Assembly (NCBI GenBank): GCA_964016885.1
Contig: OZ024745.1
Location: 101,928,001-101,992,000, forward strand
Direction of reading: 5' to 3'
Length of the DNA: 64,000 nt
DNA from: Eledone cirrhosa
Taxonomy: Eukaryota
Of this stretch, positions 14,892 to 27,324 are shown one piece after another. The notes below the pieces were generated by a model that was given only the letters and a program-made list of their open reading frames with translations, had not been told where the DNA came from and made no database searches. Within the stretch, counting starts at the first letter, position 1; every line of letters starts with the position of its first letter. Made by a program: the position numbers and the translations under genes.

Positions 14892-15884
14892 AATATTATA
14901 TATAAGATATTTCATATATTTCATTATATATAAGCTATTTCATAATGGTGGATTAGTAGTCATTAGAACATCAGGTCAAATTCTTTGTGGTATATGTTCT
15001 GACTCTTTGTGGACTGAGTTCATATCCTGCTGAGGTCAACTTTACCTTTCATCCTTTTGTGGTTAATAAACTACTGATCCAGTGCATGTGATTGATGGAA
15101 TGTTGGAGCATTGGAAGCAGATGTCATGCAATATATATGTTTCAGCTCTGCTTAGTCTGACTTCAAATTTTGCCTCTTGTCGCTGAAAAAAAATCAGATT
15201 CTTTGGGACCTTGCAAAATTGGTAACAGGCTCCTAAAGCCCGTAACCTTTTTATTATAATATTTCTAATCAAATACACTGCCTATATGTTTGAAATGATT
15301 TTGAAAATAAAGAAGTTGGAGATATTAAGTAATATAACTATCTTTCTCCTCACATAACCAATGTTTGGAACATTACTTCAAAAACCTTCTTACAAAAAAA
15401 AAAAAAAAGGTTTCTGGATGAATATGAGCATTTTAAGACAAACAATTTTATATCATAGAACCGAACCAGGGTTTGGTATCATAGGGTTAATCAAATCCCC
15501 GACTACTTCAGCTGATCTCTCTCAATGCCAGCGCATTAATTGGCAGCAGAGAATACAAAATGATGTGTCACTCCTGTGTAATATTTCCTTGTTTATTTTA
15601 AACAGCAGATGCCAATTTTATAGAACATTACACATTGTCTGGTCTGAAAGAGAGTTTGTAGAATGTTGATAATTTTGATTGCTGTGAAGAGTTGAAGTCT
15701 AATATCATGTGCTCTTGTTTTTCAATAGAATGTAGAAAAAAAATGATGTTATTTTGTCTGTTGCCTAACAATACTTCCATGTTTCTCTACTGTCCATTCA
15801 AGAGTAAGATGGAGGTGTTGTTAGCTTAATGGTTGTTGTATTACAACACCCTCATTTTATCTACTCTTTATGGAAAGGCAAAAG

Positions 15885-16040
15885 CCCTAAGATTGGTTGT
15901 TGAAATTGTGAGAGATGCTGGTGTAGTTATACCACTACCCTTAAATTGATTGTTGAAATTATGAGAGGTACTGCTGTAGTCATCACTGCCCTCAAATTAG
16001 GCGTTGAAATTACGAGAGATGCTGGTGTAGTTATATCACT
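15885..16040. repeat. ~53-bp tandem repeat x3
   Basis: GTTGAAATT..GAGAG.T.CTG.TGTAGT recurs three times. Confidence 0.8.
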
Positions 16041-18555
16041 AACGTGGGAGTTACCTTATAATGCAGTTTCCTTTTTTCTTCTGTTGTTGTATTGGTCTAA
16101 ATTGATAACATTTTTATAGCCAAAGTTGTATAAAATAGAAAATCAAAATCAAAATTCAAATAAATCTAAAGGTTTTTAAAATAGAATTTCATACAAACTT
16201 TCAGAAATTTCACCATCTGGTCTCTGCTGATTTCTGACATGCTTTTTTTTCCTCATTTAAACAAGACTGCTCAGTGAAATTTCACTACTTGTAAAATGTT
16301 ATATTGATTAAAAATTCAATTCTAATAGTATGGGTTTGGAATGGTGCTCTTTGGTTTACAAAAGAAAGAAAATCAAATAAATATATATTTTCTTTTTTTT
16401 TCTTTTATTTCTTTTTTTTTTACTTTTAAATGTTAGAAATGCAAATAAAATTTGATGAAAAGAAATTTTGAATCTAGGAGGTATTAAATATTTAGTTTAA
16501 CTGTTTTAATTGTTTGTTGAGAAAATTTCTGGTTGCTTGCTGTTTAAAATCGTGGTGTGCTTGCATTGAGACTTCATCAGTTTATCGACTTAAATTTACT
16601 TTCTGCATTTGAAATGCATAGCTAGATTGGCTTCTCACCTATACAGCTCAATACATTTGTAGAAAAATGTGTTTGTAAAAAAAAAATGTTGGAATCCTTG
16701 AAACTTTGCTTAAAAATAGGTGTTAAGTGATCCTAAAATAGATTGTTTTAGATAGAATTACTTTTCTATTATGAGTGATAATGTTGTTTACATGAGAACA
16801 GGAATGTTAAGAGGAAAATAGATATTTTCAAGTTCAATATACTTCCATGTGCACCTGACCACTAACTTGTAAATATTTTGGATCAAAATTTCCAAACCTT
16901 CAAAAGTATTTAGTTCAAACTCCTTTAGTTGTATTTCTGTGCTCTATAATGTCCGACAAATACTAGAACATTATCAAAATTTCAAGTGGTTTTCTATAAG
17001 AAGACATTTTGTGTAGAACAGCATTGATGGTTATAGGGTTCCAATAAGCCAATAACTACTGGTTCATTGTATTTAGGATGGCGAGAGTATGTGCATGTTT
17101 GTGTATGTATATAAGTATGTACATATGCACACACACACTAACACATGCATACACACATAGATGACAGTCTTCTGCATGTTGTCTAGCTACCAAATTCCAG
17201 TCACAGACCATTATTCAACATTGGGTTATTTATTGTAAAAAATATAACTCAGGTTGCAAATTTAATTCTCGGATCTAGTGATGCATTGTGTCCTTGAGCA
17301 AGACACTTTATTTCACAATGCTCCTTTTGCCAGGAGTTGCAACCGATAGATAGTATCAGAAATGGAAAGATCAATGGAAACATTGTTTCTTATGTCCGAT
17401 TTGATGAGGTCTACTCCACTCAGCAATCAATTGAGGTCTGGGATCTTGTCAATCAATCAGAGCAAGTGAAATTTGTCACAACACTATATCATGCTGATTG
17501 TTCCAGAGAATTACATTAAGGATACTCACATCTGTGGAATACACACTAAGATGATGAGTTGATAGTTCAGTATTCACGGAGATGACTGATAGAAGATCCA
17601 TTTACTTTTTATGTATATGAATTATAAATGTGCATTTATAACCTTTTTTATATAATTGTTTCTACTTTTGACACAAGGCCAGCAATTATCCCAGTGTATT
17701 ACTGGTACTTTATTTTATCGACCCATTAAGGATGAAAGGCAAAGTTAACCTCGGCTGAACATATACTGTTCACATCAATCTACAGGACTTTGACCACATA
17801 AAATAACCAATTAATATATTATCCCCTTCGAATCAAGATGTAGCTATTAAGCTTTACACTTCTACTGTATTCATATTTTCAAAATCTTCAACTTCAACAA
17901 TTTCCAACAGCATTTCCAACAATTTCTCATCAGCTAACTACAAACAAACAATAAAACTACAGACTCTAACTATGATTTAGAATGTTCATATGATAAAATA
18001 TTTAAAGTAAAATGGACTCCATGCCTTCCTTGAAAAATAACTGCAAAAACATTTTTGCTGTGGAAAACTTGCATTGAAACAAATAAATGATTAATTATGT
18101 TTTATCAATGGTTAAGCTTACTATTTTTAATGGCAATTCCAGTTTTACTTGCAATAGAGTATGTAATTTCTTCTTCGTGGAAATTATGGATTTATGGCAG
18201 TTATTTATTAATCAGTACTCACACTTTTAATTAAGATCTAAATATATCATTTTTAAAAATTGCAAAACATTAAAGGCATTTGAATGAGAATGAAATGTTA
18301 TGGCTTCTACAGGACTAAAACTGTTTCATTCAAAGGAAATCATCAGGAAATGAAACAGTTCTAGTCCTTTAGAAGCCATTTCTATATTTAAAATGTATAA
18401 TCTGTTATGTATTGACACCTTACTTACTGTAGTTACCCTCGATTGAACCTGGGACGCACACACACATCTTTTATATAAAATATCTTTTCCTATTACCCAC
18501 TCTACTACCCTAAGTATCAAGTACTCTGGTGTGTTATGGTCCAGACCTTCTTTGT

Positions 18556-18622
<67 letters not shown>

Positions 18623-18864
18623 TTTGTGTGTCACTTTTTTCTGAGCTTTAGTAAATATTTTAAAATAAGATAATTTTTGGTATAAAAGAAGGAAAAGTAT
18701 CTCATATATATCGTTGTCTTATTTTTTACGTTCATTTTTCCACACTTGCATGGGATGGACAGGTCCTTCTCAGCACAGCATCTCTCCATTTGTCACATTT
18801 CTTTGTCATTTTCTCTGTAAGTCTCAGCAATTTAAGGTACTCTGTCAAAGGCCTTTTCTAAATC

Positions 18865-19018
18865 AACAAAAGCTAAATATAGTGGCTTTTTTTTTACGGG
18901 GGTAGGCTAGGAACTTCTCTTGTAGTGACCTCACTGGGAAGAGGGTACTTTTCCCAGGCATGAAACTAAACTGCATCTCATCTATTTTGACTCTTTCCCT
19001 AATTGGCTGTGCTATAAC
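18865..19018 (-). mobile_element. RTE RT internal fragment
   Basis: VIAQPIRERVKIDEMQFSFMPGKST, homologous to ~33075-33150. Confidence 0.65.
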
Positions 19019-19036
19019 TATATATATGTATATATT

Positions 19037-19385
19037 GGAGGCACATGGCTTAGTGGTTAGAGCATTGGCCTTGCAATCGAAAGGTTGTGAGTTCAATTCT
19101 CAGACCGGGTGATGTGTTGTTTCCTTGAGCAAGACACTTTATTTCACATTGCTCCAGTTTACTCAGCTGTAGAAATGAGATGATAGGGACTGAGTTCCCT
19201 ATCATTCCACTGCAAAGTGGTCGTGGCGGTGCCACGGCAAAAAAAAAAGCACCCAGCACTCACTGTAAATGAGGTTGGTGTTAGGAAGGGCATCCAGCTG
19301 TAGAAATCAAGCCAGAATCAGTTCCCGTCCCACCCTTGCTCGCAAGGAAAAGTGGACGTAAAATGATGATGATGATGATGATGAT
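19037..19385 (+). mobile_element. Full-length tRNA-derived SINE with RTE-type tail and (ATG)n (family B)
   Basis: A box TGGCTTAGTGG and B box GAGTTCAATTC; conserved GTTAGGAAGGGCATCCAGCTGTAGAAA; tail CCCTTGC..AAGTGGACGTAAAA(TGA)n shared with the RTE 3' ends in this window. Confidence 0.9.
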
Positions 19386-19723
19386 ATTGTAATTCACCTG
19401 GTTGTGGTGGAGATGATAATGTTGTTAGAACTCAATGTGTCCTTGAAAAGATGGTTGCAGCGAGATTCGACAGTGTGACCTGTAGTTTTTGTGGTGGGTG
19501 ATCACTGCTTAAGGTATCCTCGAAGAAAATCTGACCAGGTTACAGAGTCATGTACATAAATGTGTTAGTTCATTGTTTCATTGAACTATCTACCTACTTA
19601 CACCTGACTTCTGTTTTTTATTGTTCTATGCACAAACATATATAGATAGATATATATATATATATATATATACTTAGCACTTTCCTGTAAACAAGTGCTA
19701 TTATGCTTCTAATCATGTTACCT

Positions 19724-19793
19724 TATTTTATCTGATGAGAACACAATTTTTGTCCCAAGATGATTTTGTATTCGAAATGTGCATAATAAAATA
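19724..19793 (+). ncRNA. Type I hammerhead ribozyme motif
   Basis: TATTTTAT CTGATGA GAAcACAA [19 nt] TTGTaTTC GAAA TGTGCA TA^ ATAAAATA; perfect 8-bp stem I. Confidence 0.8.
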
Positions 19794-20504
19794 TATGGAA
19801 CTCTTTTAACCATCTTTTAATTCTTCTTTATTATATATACTCCAGTTCTACGAACTGTTGAGTGCTACTTATCTGATATATGCATAGTTTTATTGTTCTA
19901 CAATATTACTCACCTTCGACATTATATATATATATATTTAGCAGCATAGTATATAAATGTTATTGAGACACGAGTAACATAATAATGATGTCAACAGCAG
20001 AAATTAGAGATGAAATGTATGTTTATTTTTGTTGTAGCACAAATAATGTTTGTTAACTTGTATGGTTGAAGTTACACATAAAATGAGGTTACAAAAGGGA
20101 ATGTGCCATTGTGCTAGGCCTAAGGAAGGCCGGCAGGCCAAAGTGCAAAATCTCACCATCACATGTTGTACGTGTTGCTGGTTCGAAGTTCCGGGTGCGA
20201 GAGAGAGATTCTTCAAATCTTCGCGGGGATTTTCTCCCTCAGGGCGCGTAGGGACACATCCTCTTCTACTGGCGTTGATTGGCTGAGCTGAGCCAAATCA
20301 CGCACAGAGAATGTATGTGAGCCCGCGGAATGTAGGTCACTACATATATATATGCTGTGTGAGAGAGAGAGAGAGAGAGTATGTGGGGCTGACCAAGGAG
20401 ATCACTAAGCATGTTGTGGATGTACTCAATGCATGGGGAAAGGCAGAGTGGATATAGAGATATGTAAAATCCCAGCTGTTTGGTGCCTCTGTCAGGATTT
20501 TACA

Positions 20505-20537
<33 letters not shown>

Positions 20538-20617
20538 GTATAGAGAGACAGCCTCCAAAAGTAATGGTTGATTTAAAGGGTACGTCAAACCTATTTGTAA
20601 AACTGTTATATATTGTA

Positions 20618-20675
20618 TTTTGTCTGATGAAGGCATACCATAATTTAATGTGGTATCCCTGAAATATGTATAATG
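20618..20675 (+). ncRNA. Degenerate hammerhead motif
   Basis: TTGT CTGATGA AGG c ATACCA [loop] TGGTAT c CCT GAAA TATGT-ATAA. Long stem II; the cleavage-site region appears to lack one nucleotide. Confidence 0.6.
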
Positions 20676-20745
20676 AAATAAATATGGTTTTATAAATATA
20701 GTTTCCATTTATTAATATCGTATATATGTATATATATATATATAT

Positions 20746-21020
20746 ATCATCATCATTTTACATCCGCTTTTCCCTGCTTGCAAGGGTTAGACGGGTCGTA
20801 TTCAGCACAGCATCTCTCCACCCGTCACGGTCCTTCGTCATCTCCTCGGTGAGTTTCAGTGATCTGAGGTTCGCTCTCACCACCTCTGGTCATGTTTTTC
20901 GTGGTCTACCTCTACTGCGTCTTCCCTCCACTGGTACTTCCTGGCACTTCTTCACCCAGCGGTCATCCTCCATGCACATCACATGTCCATACCATCTCAG
21001 CCTTCTCTCCTGCACACCAT
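20746..21020 (-). mobile_element. RTE LINE 3' end with (ATG)n tail
   Basis: Minus strand encodes RLRWYGHVM...RGRPRKT...DAVLNTTR and ends in (ATG)n. Confidence 0.8.
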
Positions 21021-21105
21021 ATATATAAACAAAGAGGGTGTGGTAAGATACCAAGTGGACCATAATGTACCAGAGTATTCGATACTTGGGGTAGTAGAGT
21101 GGGTA

Positions 21106-21230
21106 ATATGAAGAGATTCAAGATCCCGACGGCTGAGCTCCGGCCGTTTCGACAGCTAGATCCAAACTGTTTGGATCTAGCTGTTGAAATGGCTGGACTC
21201 CAACCGTCGGGGTCCCGAATCTTTTCATAT
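21106..21230. repeat. ~125-bp imperfect fold-back
   Basis: ATATGAAGAGATTC...CAGCTAGATCCAAAC tg TTTGGATCTAGCTG...GAATCTTTTCATAT. Confidence 0.85.
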
Positions 21231-22083
21231 ATGTATGTGTATATATATGTATATATATTTTCTTTTTAAAAAATACTTTGTCTTTAGGGATAATTATTTT
21301 ATGTTAAAATTTAAGCTTTCAAGAATTATCACTTTGGCATTTTTACTAAATAGACTTTAAATAAATATAACCATGCAATTTTTCCAGTAAGCCATGTTGA
21401 CATATTCAGGGAGACACTGTTTAAAAGATAGATATAATTAATCATTTATTTCACAAAGTCAAGTATAAATGTATTTAACACAAGCTCTTTATAAGAGCAA
21501 AAGATTGAGTACTTATGATGTTCAACTACGAGCTCATTAATCTTAATCTGAAATTAACTGCAGTATGTGTGTTGTATATTTGAGCTCTACATTTAATTCT
21601 ACATGTCTAAATGCATTTGCCTATTGAGAAAAAGCAGCCAGATCATCTATCTGGGTTGTAACATATGATAAATGGGTATCCTATGTAAAGTGAGTGTTAT
21701 CTCGTATATTTAACCACCTCATCTATGGTACCAAAGATAAACATCTTCCTTTAAGAACTCCATTGAATTTCCAGTGGAAAATAAAATGAACAGAAGAGAA
21801 TATCAAAATGTATGTAGTTTGCAAGAGTATCCCTACTTTAGTAGGCAAAATGTCCTCAAAATGTTTATTGTTATATAAATTAGCATTCATAGCAGAATCC
21901 AAAAATATTTAGCATTAATTTCGCAGAATAAGTTTTTAAATAGATTCTTTTTGTTGCAATTCTACTCTTCCCCATATAATATTCTACCAACAGTTTACAT
22001 TTTCCATATGTAATCAATGTGATATAAGATATAAGCACCAATTTATCTATTCTATCTTTCTGTTCCTCTATGGTAAACTATCC

Positions 22084-22117
<34 letters not shown>

Positions 22118-22250
22118 GGATTTCACTTCAAGCATAGCTTTATACAAATATGTATAGAAATATCATATTTCTAAAGAAACACGGTTTTAGGAAGCTGTAA
22201 CTATGCAAACACCAGGGCTGACGTCATCTGGTCGTGTCCAGCAAAAGCAA

Positions 22251-22307
22251 GAGGGACAACCATCTATGCATTTCAGGCTTGACTGGCCTTCGTCAGGATG
22301 GTCCCTC
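22251..22307 (-). ncRNA. Type I hammerhead ribozyme motif (intact core)
   Basis: Minus strand: GAGGG ACCATC CTGACGA AGGC cagtcaa GCCT GAAA TGCA TA^ GATGGT tgt CCCTC. Perfect stems I and II, bulged stem I extension, palindromic stem III (ATGCAT). Confidence 0.85.
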
Positions 22308-22511
22308 CCACCGCTTGCGACTGCTGGACTTGAAAACAGTCGAGAATATATAGTTTTCTCGTCTGTGTAAATGAGGTGATTAATCTCATTTGCATATGAA
22401 GCTGCATAAGTTGGCTCAACTTAGAATAGAATAGAAATAGGATTTCACTTGAAGCATAGCTTTATACAAATATGTATAGAAATATCGTATTTCTAAAGAA
22501 ACACGTTTGGG

Positions 22512-22555
22512 ACTGTCCTGATGAAGGCCTGTCAAGCCTGAAATGCATATACAGT
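22512..22555 (+). ncRNA. Type I hammerhead ribozyme motif (inverted copy)
   Basis: ACTGTc CTGATGA AGGC ctgtcaa GCCT GAAA TGCA TA^ tACAGT. Confidence 0.8.
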
Positions 22556-22651
22556 TGCCTGCCTTGCTTCTGCTGGACACCACCAGAGGGCGTTAGCCCC
22601 AGTGTTTGCATAGCTACGGCTTCCTAAAACCATGTTTCTTTAGAAATAAAA

Positions 22652-22709
<58 letters not shown>

Positions 22710-22741
22710 TTCTATATATATATATATATAATATATATATA

Positions 22742-23030
22742 ATGTTACATGGTAGTGAGACCTGGGCGTTGTCTGTGGAAGACTTGTGTAGATTAGAAAG
22801 AAATGAAGCCTGCATGCTCCGATGGATGTGTAATAGTAATATACGCGAACGGCAAAGCATAAACGAATTGAGAGAGAGACTGAGCATAAAAGGAATCAAA
22901 TGCTGTGTGCAGGAGAGGCAGTTGCGTTGGTATGGAGATGTAATGTGTATGAAGGATGACAGCTGCATAAAAAGGTGCAGAGCACTAGAAGTCGATGGAA
23001 ACCGCGGAGTGGGGAGACCCAAGGGATGAG
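22742..23030 (+). mobile_element. RTE LINE 3' fragment
   Basis: MLHGSETWAL...LERNEACMLRWMC...RQLRWYGDVM...GRPK, a typical RTE C-terminus. Confidence 0.85.
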
Positions 23031-23179
23031 GTGATAAAAGCCAACCTTACCCAATTACACCTCTGAAAGTGTGTCATCAAAGGTGATGACACACGACCGT
23101 GACCTCTGGCGTCACGCAGTAATACAGAAGTCCCAACCATCCACGGGTACAAGCCGAAGCTGAAGCATATAGACAATAT

Positions 23180-23470
23180 GCCCCCACACCCTCCCACTGC
23201 AATGTGGTCGTGGAGGTGCCACGGCAAAAAAGCACCCAGCCCACACTGTAAAGTGGATGTGTAGGCGCCACGGAAAAAAAGCTCCCAGCACTCACTGAAA
23301 ATGAGGTTGGTGTTAGGAAGGGCATCCAGCTGTAGAAATCAAGCCAGAATCAGTTCCCGTATGAGCAAGGAATGGTCAGCCGACTGGACACTGCCCACAA
23401 CAGGACAACCCGTCTAACCCATGCTAACGTGGAAGAACGGACATAAAATGGTGATGATGATGATGATGAT
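23180..23470 (+). mobile_element. SINE family B variant
   Basis: Shared body motifs and (ATG)n tail. Confidence 0.75.
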
Positions 23471-24268
23471 ATATACATTATTACTTTGCTTCTCATCCTT
23501 ATGGGGTCAATAAACAAAGCACCAGTAATGCACTAATGATAATCCTGCTTAGGGTGAAATAATAAATATTTGCTTAATGGGTTTATATATACTTATATAT
23601 TTATATATATATATATATAAACAATTATATTAGTAATAATATATAGCCTTATAACAGTTTTTTTCTCTGACCAATCTAATTACGCTATTTTAAAAAAAAA
23701 TTCAAGCATCTATTTTATAGGTATGTCACAATTTTATACATCAAATATTGTATTTTGTTTGAAGACAGCATATTATAAAATAGTATCCTTTAAATATATA
23801 TATCGAAATAAATTATGATGTTATAGTGATATATTTTCCATTTATTGCTATTATTATTAAAGTAGAAACAATTATTATTATTATTGGTGAATTGGCAGTA
23901 ATGGTAGAGGGTTGGATGCCATGCTTTCTAGCATAGTTCCATCACTTTATGGTCTGAGTTCAAATCCCGTTGAGGTTAACTTTGCCTTTTATCCTTACGG
24001 GGGTCGATAAAATAAAGTACCAGTAATTGCTGGCCTTGTGCCAAATGTAGAAACAATTATTATTGTTATTATTATATATATAAAGGGCGATGGATTAGCA
24101 GTATCGGTAGAGGGTCGGACGCCATGCTTTGACGCGTAGAGTTACGGCCCTTGCCATTCTGAGTTCAAATCCCGCCGAGGTTAACTTTGCCTTTCATCCT
24201 TATGGGGTCGATAAAATAAAGTACCAGTAATGCTCTGGGTAATTTGCTGGCCTTGTGCCAAAAGTAGA

Positions 24269-24309
<41 letters not shown>

Positions 24310-24516
24310 TACCCTTATTCAGTCCTGTTTGGATTTTGGTCTTTGTATTTATTATTATTATATATAATTGGTGTTAGGAAGAGCATCCAATCATAGAAAC
24401 GAAGCCAAAATCTCTCAATGGGACAACCCGTCCTACCCATGCTAGCATAGAAAATAAACGTCAAACGATGATGATGATGATACACACACACACACACATA
24501 TACACACACATACATA

Positions 24517-24708
24517 TAGAAGGAAGACGCAGTAGAGGTAGACCACGAAAAACATGGGAAGAGGTGGTGAGAGCAGACCTCAGATCGCTGAAACTCACGG
24601 AGGAGATGACGAAGCACCGTGACAAGTGGAGAGATGCTGTGCTGAATAGGACCCGCCCAACCCTTGCAAGCAGGGAAAAACGGACGTAAAATGATGATGA
24701 TGATGATA
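24517..24708 (+). mobile_element. RTE LINE 3' end with (ATG)n tail
   Basis: EGRRSRGRPRKTWEEVVRADL...SREKRT* followed by (ATG)n. Confidence 0.8.
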
Positions 24709-25841
24709 TATATATAAAAAGGATGATGAGTGAATTATTGTTGGTGGAAACAGAAATAATTACGGTTGAATAGATACTACTCAATACAAAATGTCTGTAG
24801 AGGAAAAGTGTTTGATATTTCAAAATAATTGACATTTACAGATTGATCATGTTGTTTCATTAATTGTTTCTACTTTAGGCACAAGGCCAGCAATTACCCA
24901 GTACATTACTGGTACTTTATTTTATCGACCCCGTAAGGATGAAAGGCAAAGTCAACCTCGGCGGGATTTGAACTCAGATGGTAAAGGGACGTAACTATGC
25001 TGGAAAGCATGGCGTCTGACTCTCTACCACATTAATACACTTCAGAGTGTCAAGTTATAATGATTCCAAGATGAAATATGATTCAAATTGGTTAAATTCT
25101 AACTGAACTATAGTTAAAACAAAACGTAACAATGACAATGGACATCAGTCCCAATACTTGTTCCTAGTCTAAAACTTTAAATACTAAGATTTGATAAGGT
25201 ATTTTGTTAGAAGCTTTATTGGTTAAATGTTCATCATCATCATCATCATCATTTCATTTTACGTCCGCTTTTTCCTTGCTTGCAAGGGTGGGACGGGAAC
25301 TGATTCTGGCTGATTCTGGATGCCCTTCCTAACACCAACCTCATTTACAGTGAGTGCTGGGTGCTTTTTTGCCGTGGCACCTCCACGACCACTTTGTAGT
25401 GGAATGATAGGGACCCCAGTCCTATCTTCTCATTTCTACAGCTGAGTAAACTGCTTACAAGGGTGGGACGGGAATTGATTCATATATATATATATATATA
25501 ATTGTTTCTACTTTTGGCACAAGGCCAGCAATTATATCAGTACATTACTGGTACTTTATTTTATCGACCCCGTAAGGATAAAAGGCAAAGTTAACCTCGG
25601 CGGGATTTGAACTCAGATAATAAAGGCCTGTAAGTCTATGCTGCAAAGCATGGCGTCCAACCCTCTACCGATACTGCCAATTCACTGCCGCCATATATAT
25701 ATAATACGGTTATAGTATTGTAATTATATCCCTTTCACCGGTATCCATACCTATAACATCTAAAATCGCAATGCATAGCGATGTGATATTATTATACCCC
25801 CTCAGGGCTTTGTAATTAAGGACTTTGCTATCTGAATATCT

Positions 25842-25881
25842 GCCTCTGATGAACCCCTCTGGGCGAAACACATGTAAGAGC
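25842..25881 (+). ncRNA. Type I hammerhead motif (weak stems)
   Basis: GCCT CTGATGA a CCC ctct GGG c GAAA CACATG TA^ AGaGC. Confidence 0.65.
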
Positions 25882-26131
25882 TATATAAAGATATGTTTTA
25901 ACGGCTTGTAACTCTTTCATTCAGTCATTATTTTGCTTGGTGGATTGGCAGTATCGGTAGAGGGTCGGACGCCATGCTTTGACGCATAGAGTTACGGTCC
26001 TTGTCATTCTGAGTTCAAATGCCGCTGAGGTTTACTTTGCCTTTCATCCTTACGGGGTCAATAAAATAAAGTACCAGTAATGCACTGGGTAATTGCTGGC
26101 CTTGTGCCAAAAGTAGAAACAATTATTTTGC

Positions 26132-26171
<40 letters not shown>

Positions 26172-26414
26172 TTTTTTTCTAGTTTATTTTACACCTAATT
26201 CTGTTTAGATTTATACATACTGTCGAAATATTCGATAAATGATCCGTCGTAACCGCCACGAAGGGGCTGCTTTCGGTTATTTGTCGGAGATTTCTTCATA
26301 GGAGCCTTTATTCTTATAGCTTGGTCTAATTGATTTTTATATGGTTAATTATGCTAATTGGGAGAGGAAACGGTATATATTTTATCTGGTGATTCTATAG
26401 ACATGTTTTATGAT

Positions 26415-26572
26415 ATATATATATATATATATAATACTTATATATATATATATAATACTTATATATATATATATATATAATACTTATATATATATATAAT
26501 ACTTATATATATATATATATATATATATATAAGTATTATATATATATATATATAATACTTATATATATATAT

Positions 26573-26611
<39 letters not shown>

Positions 26612-26614
26612 ATA

Positions 26615-26651
<37 letters not shown>

Positions 26652-26653
26652 CT

Positions 26654-26684
<31 letters not shown>

Positions 26685-26710
26685 CTTATATATATATATA
26701 TATATATAAT
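26415..26710. repeat. (TA)n array punctuated by ATACT units
   Basis: Repeated TATAATACTTA, with one inverted copy TAAGTATTATA near 26530. Confidence 0.9.
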
Positions 26711-26931
26711 TGAATGAAGTGACAGGAGGCCAAAGATGATTGAGTTGCATTACATAGAGTGTTTTTCCTACTATTACATCATGATGGTTAAACTATACAG
26801 AATGAACATTCTTATAACTATTTACTTCTGCGTCCACAGATTGATCTATTTCTGATTCAGAACTCCCATTAAGGGTGAAAACAGCGATTCTTTGCTTACA
26901 CTTAAATCTGTTCTTATAATATATATATATT

Positions 26932-27243
26932 CATTTCATTTTACATCCGCTTTTTCCCTGCTTGGAAGGGTGAGACGGGAACTGATTCTGGCTTGATTTC
27001 TACAGCTGGATGCCCTTCCTAACACCAACCTCATTTACAGTGAGTGCTGGGTGCTTTTTTGCCGTGGCACCTCCACGACCACTTTGCAGTGGAATGATAT
27101 GGACCCCAGTCCCTATCGTCTCATTTCTACAGCTGAATGTGAAATAAAGTGTCTTGCTCAAGGAAACAACACATCACCCAGTCTGAGAATTGAACTCACA
27201 ACCTTTCGATTGCAAGGCCAATACTCTAACCACTAAGCCATGT
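26932..27243 (-). mobile_element. SINE family B, internal deletion
   Basis: Homologous to 19037-19385; the 5' head is partly duplicated at 27245-27270. Confidence 0.85.
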
Positions 27244-27268
27244 AAGCCAATGCTCTAACCACTAAGCC

Positions 27269-27324
<56 letters not shown>

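Larger units (their letters stand above)
22111..22660 (-). mobile_element. Non-autonomous hammerhead-bearing Penelope-type/retrozyme-like element in (TA)n
   Basis: 322-bp unit + 73-bp direct repeat (22111, 22433) + ~155-bp inverted copy; (TA)n on both sides. Confidence 0.75.

Noticed and set aside
19037-19110. tRNA genes (also 38122-38197 and the SINE-A heads)
   Set aside because: A/B boxes continue into SINE bodies or are truncated SINE heads; no complete cloverleaf.
22259-22555. Compensatory base changes in hammerhead stem I as proof of selection
   Set aside because: The CA/TG versus TG/CA pattern is what independent CpG deamination of an ancestral CG/CG would produce.
26165-26405. CpG-containing island between TA arrays, examined for a ribozyme
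   Set aside because: No complete hammerhead core with pairing stems found on either strand.
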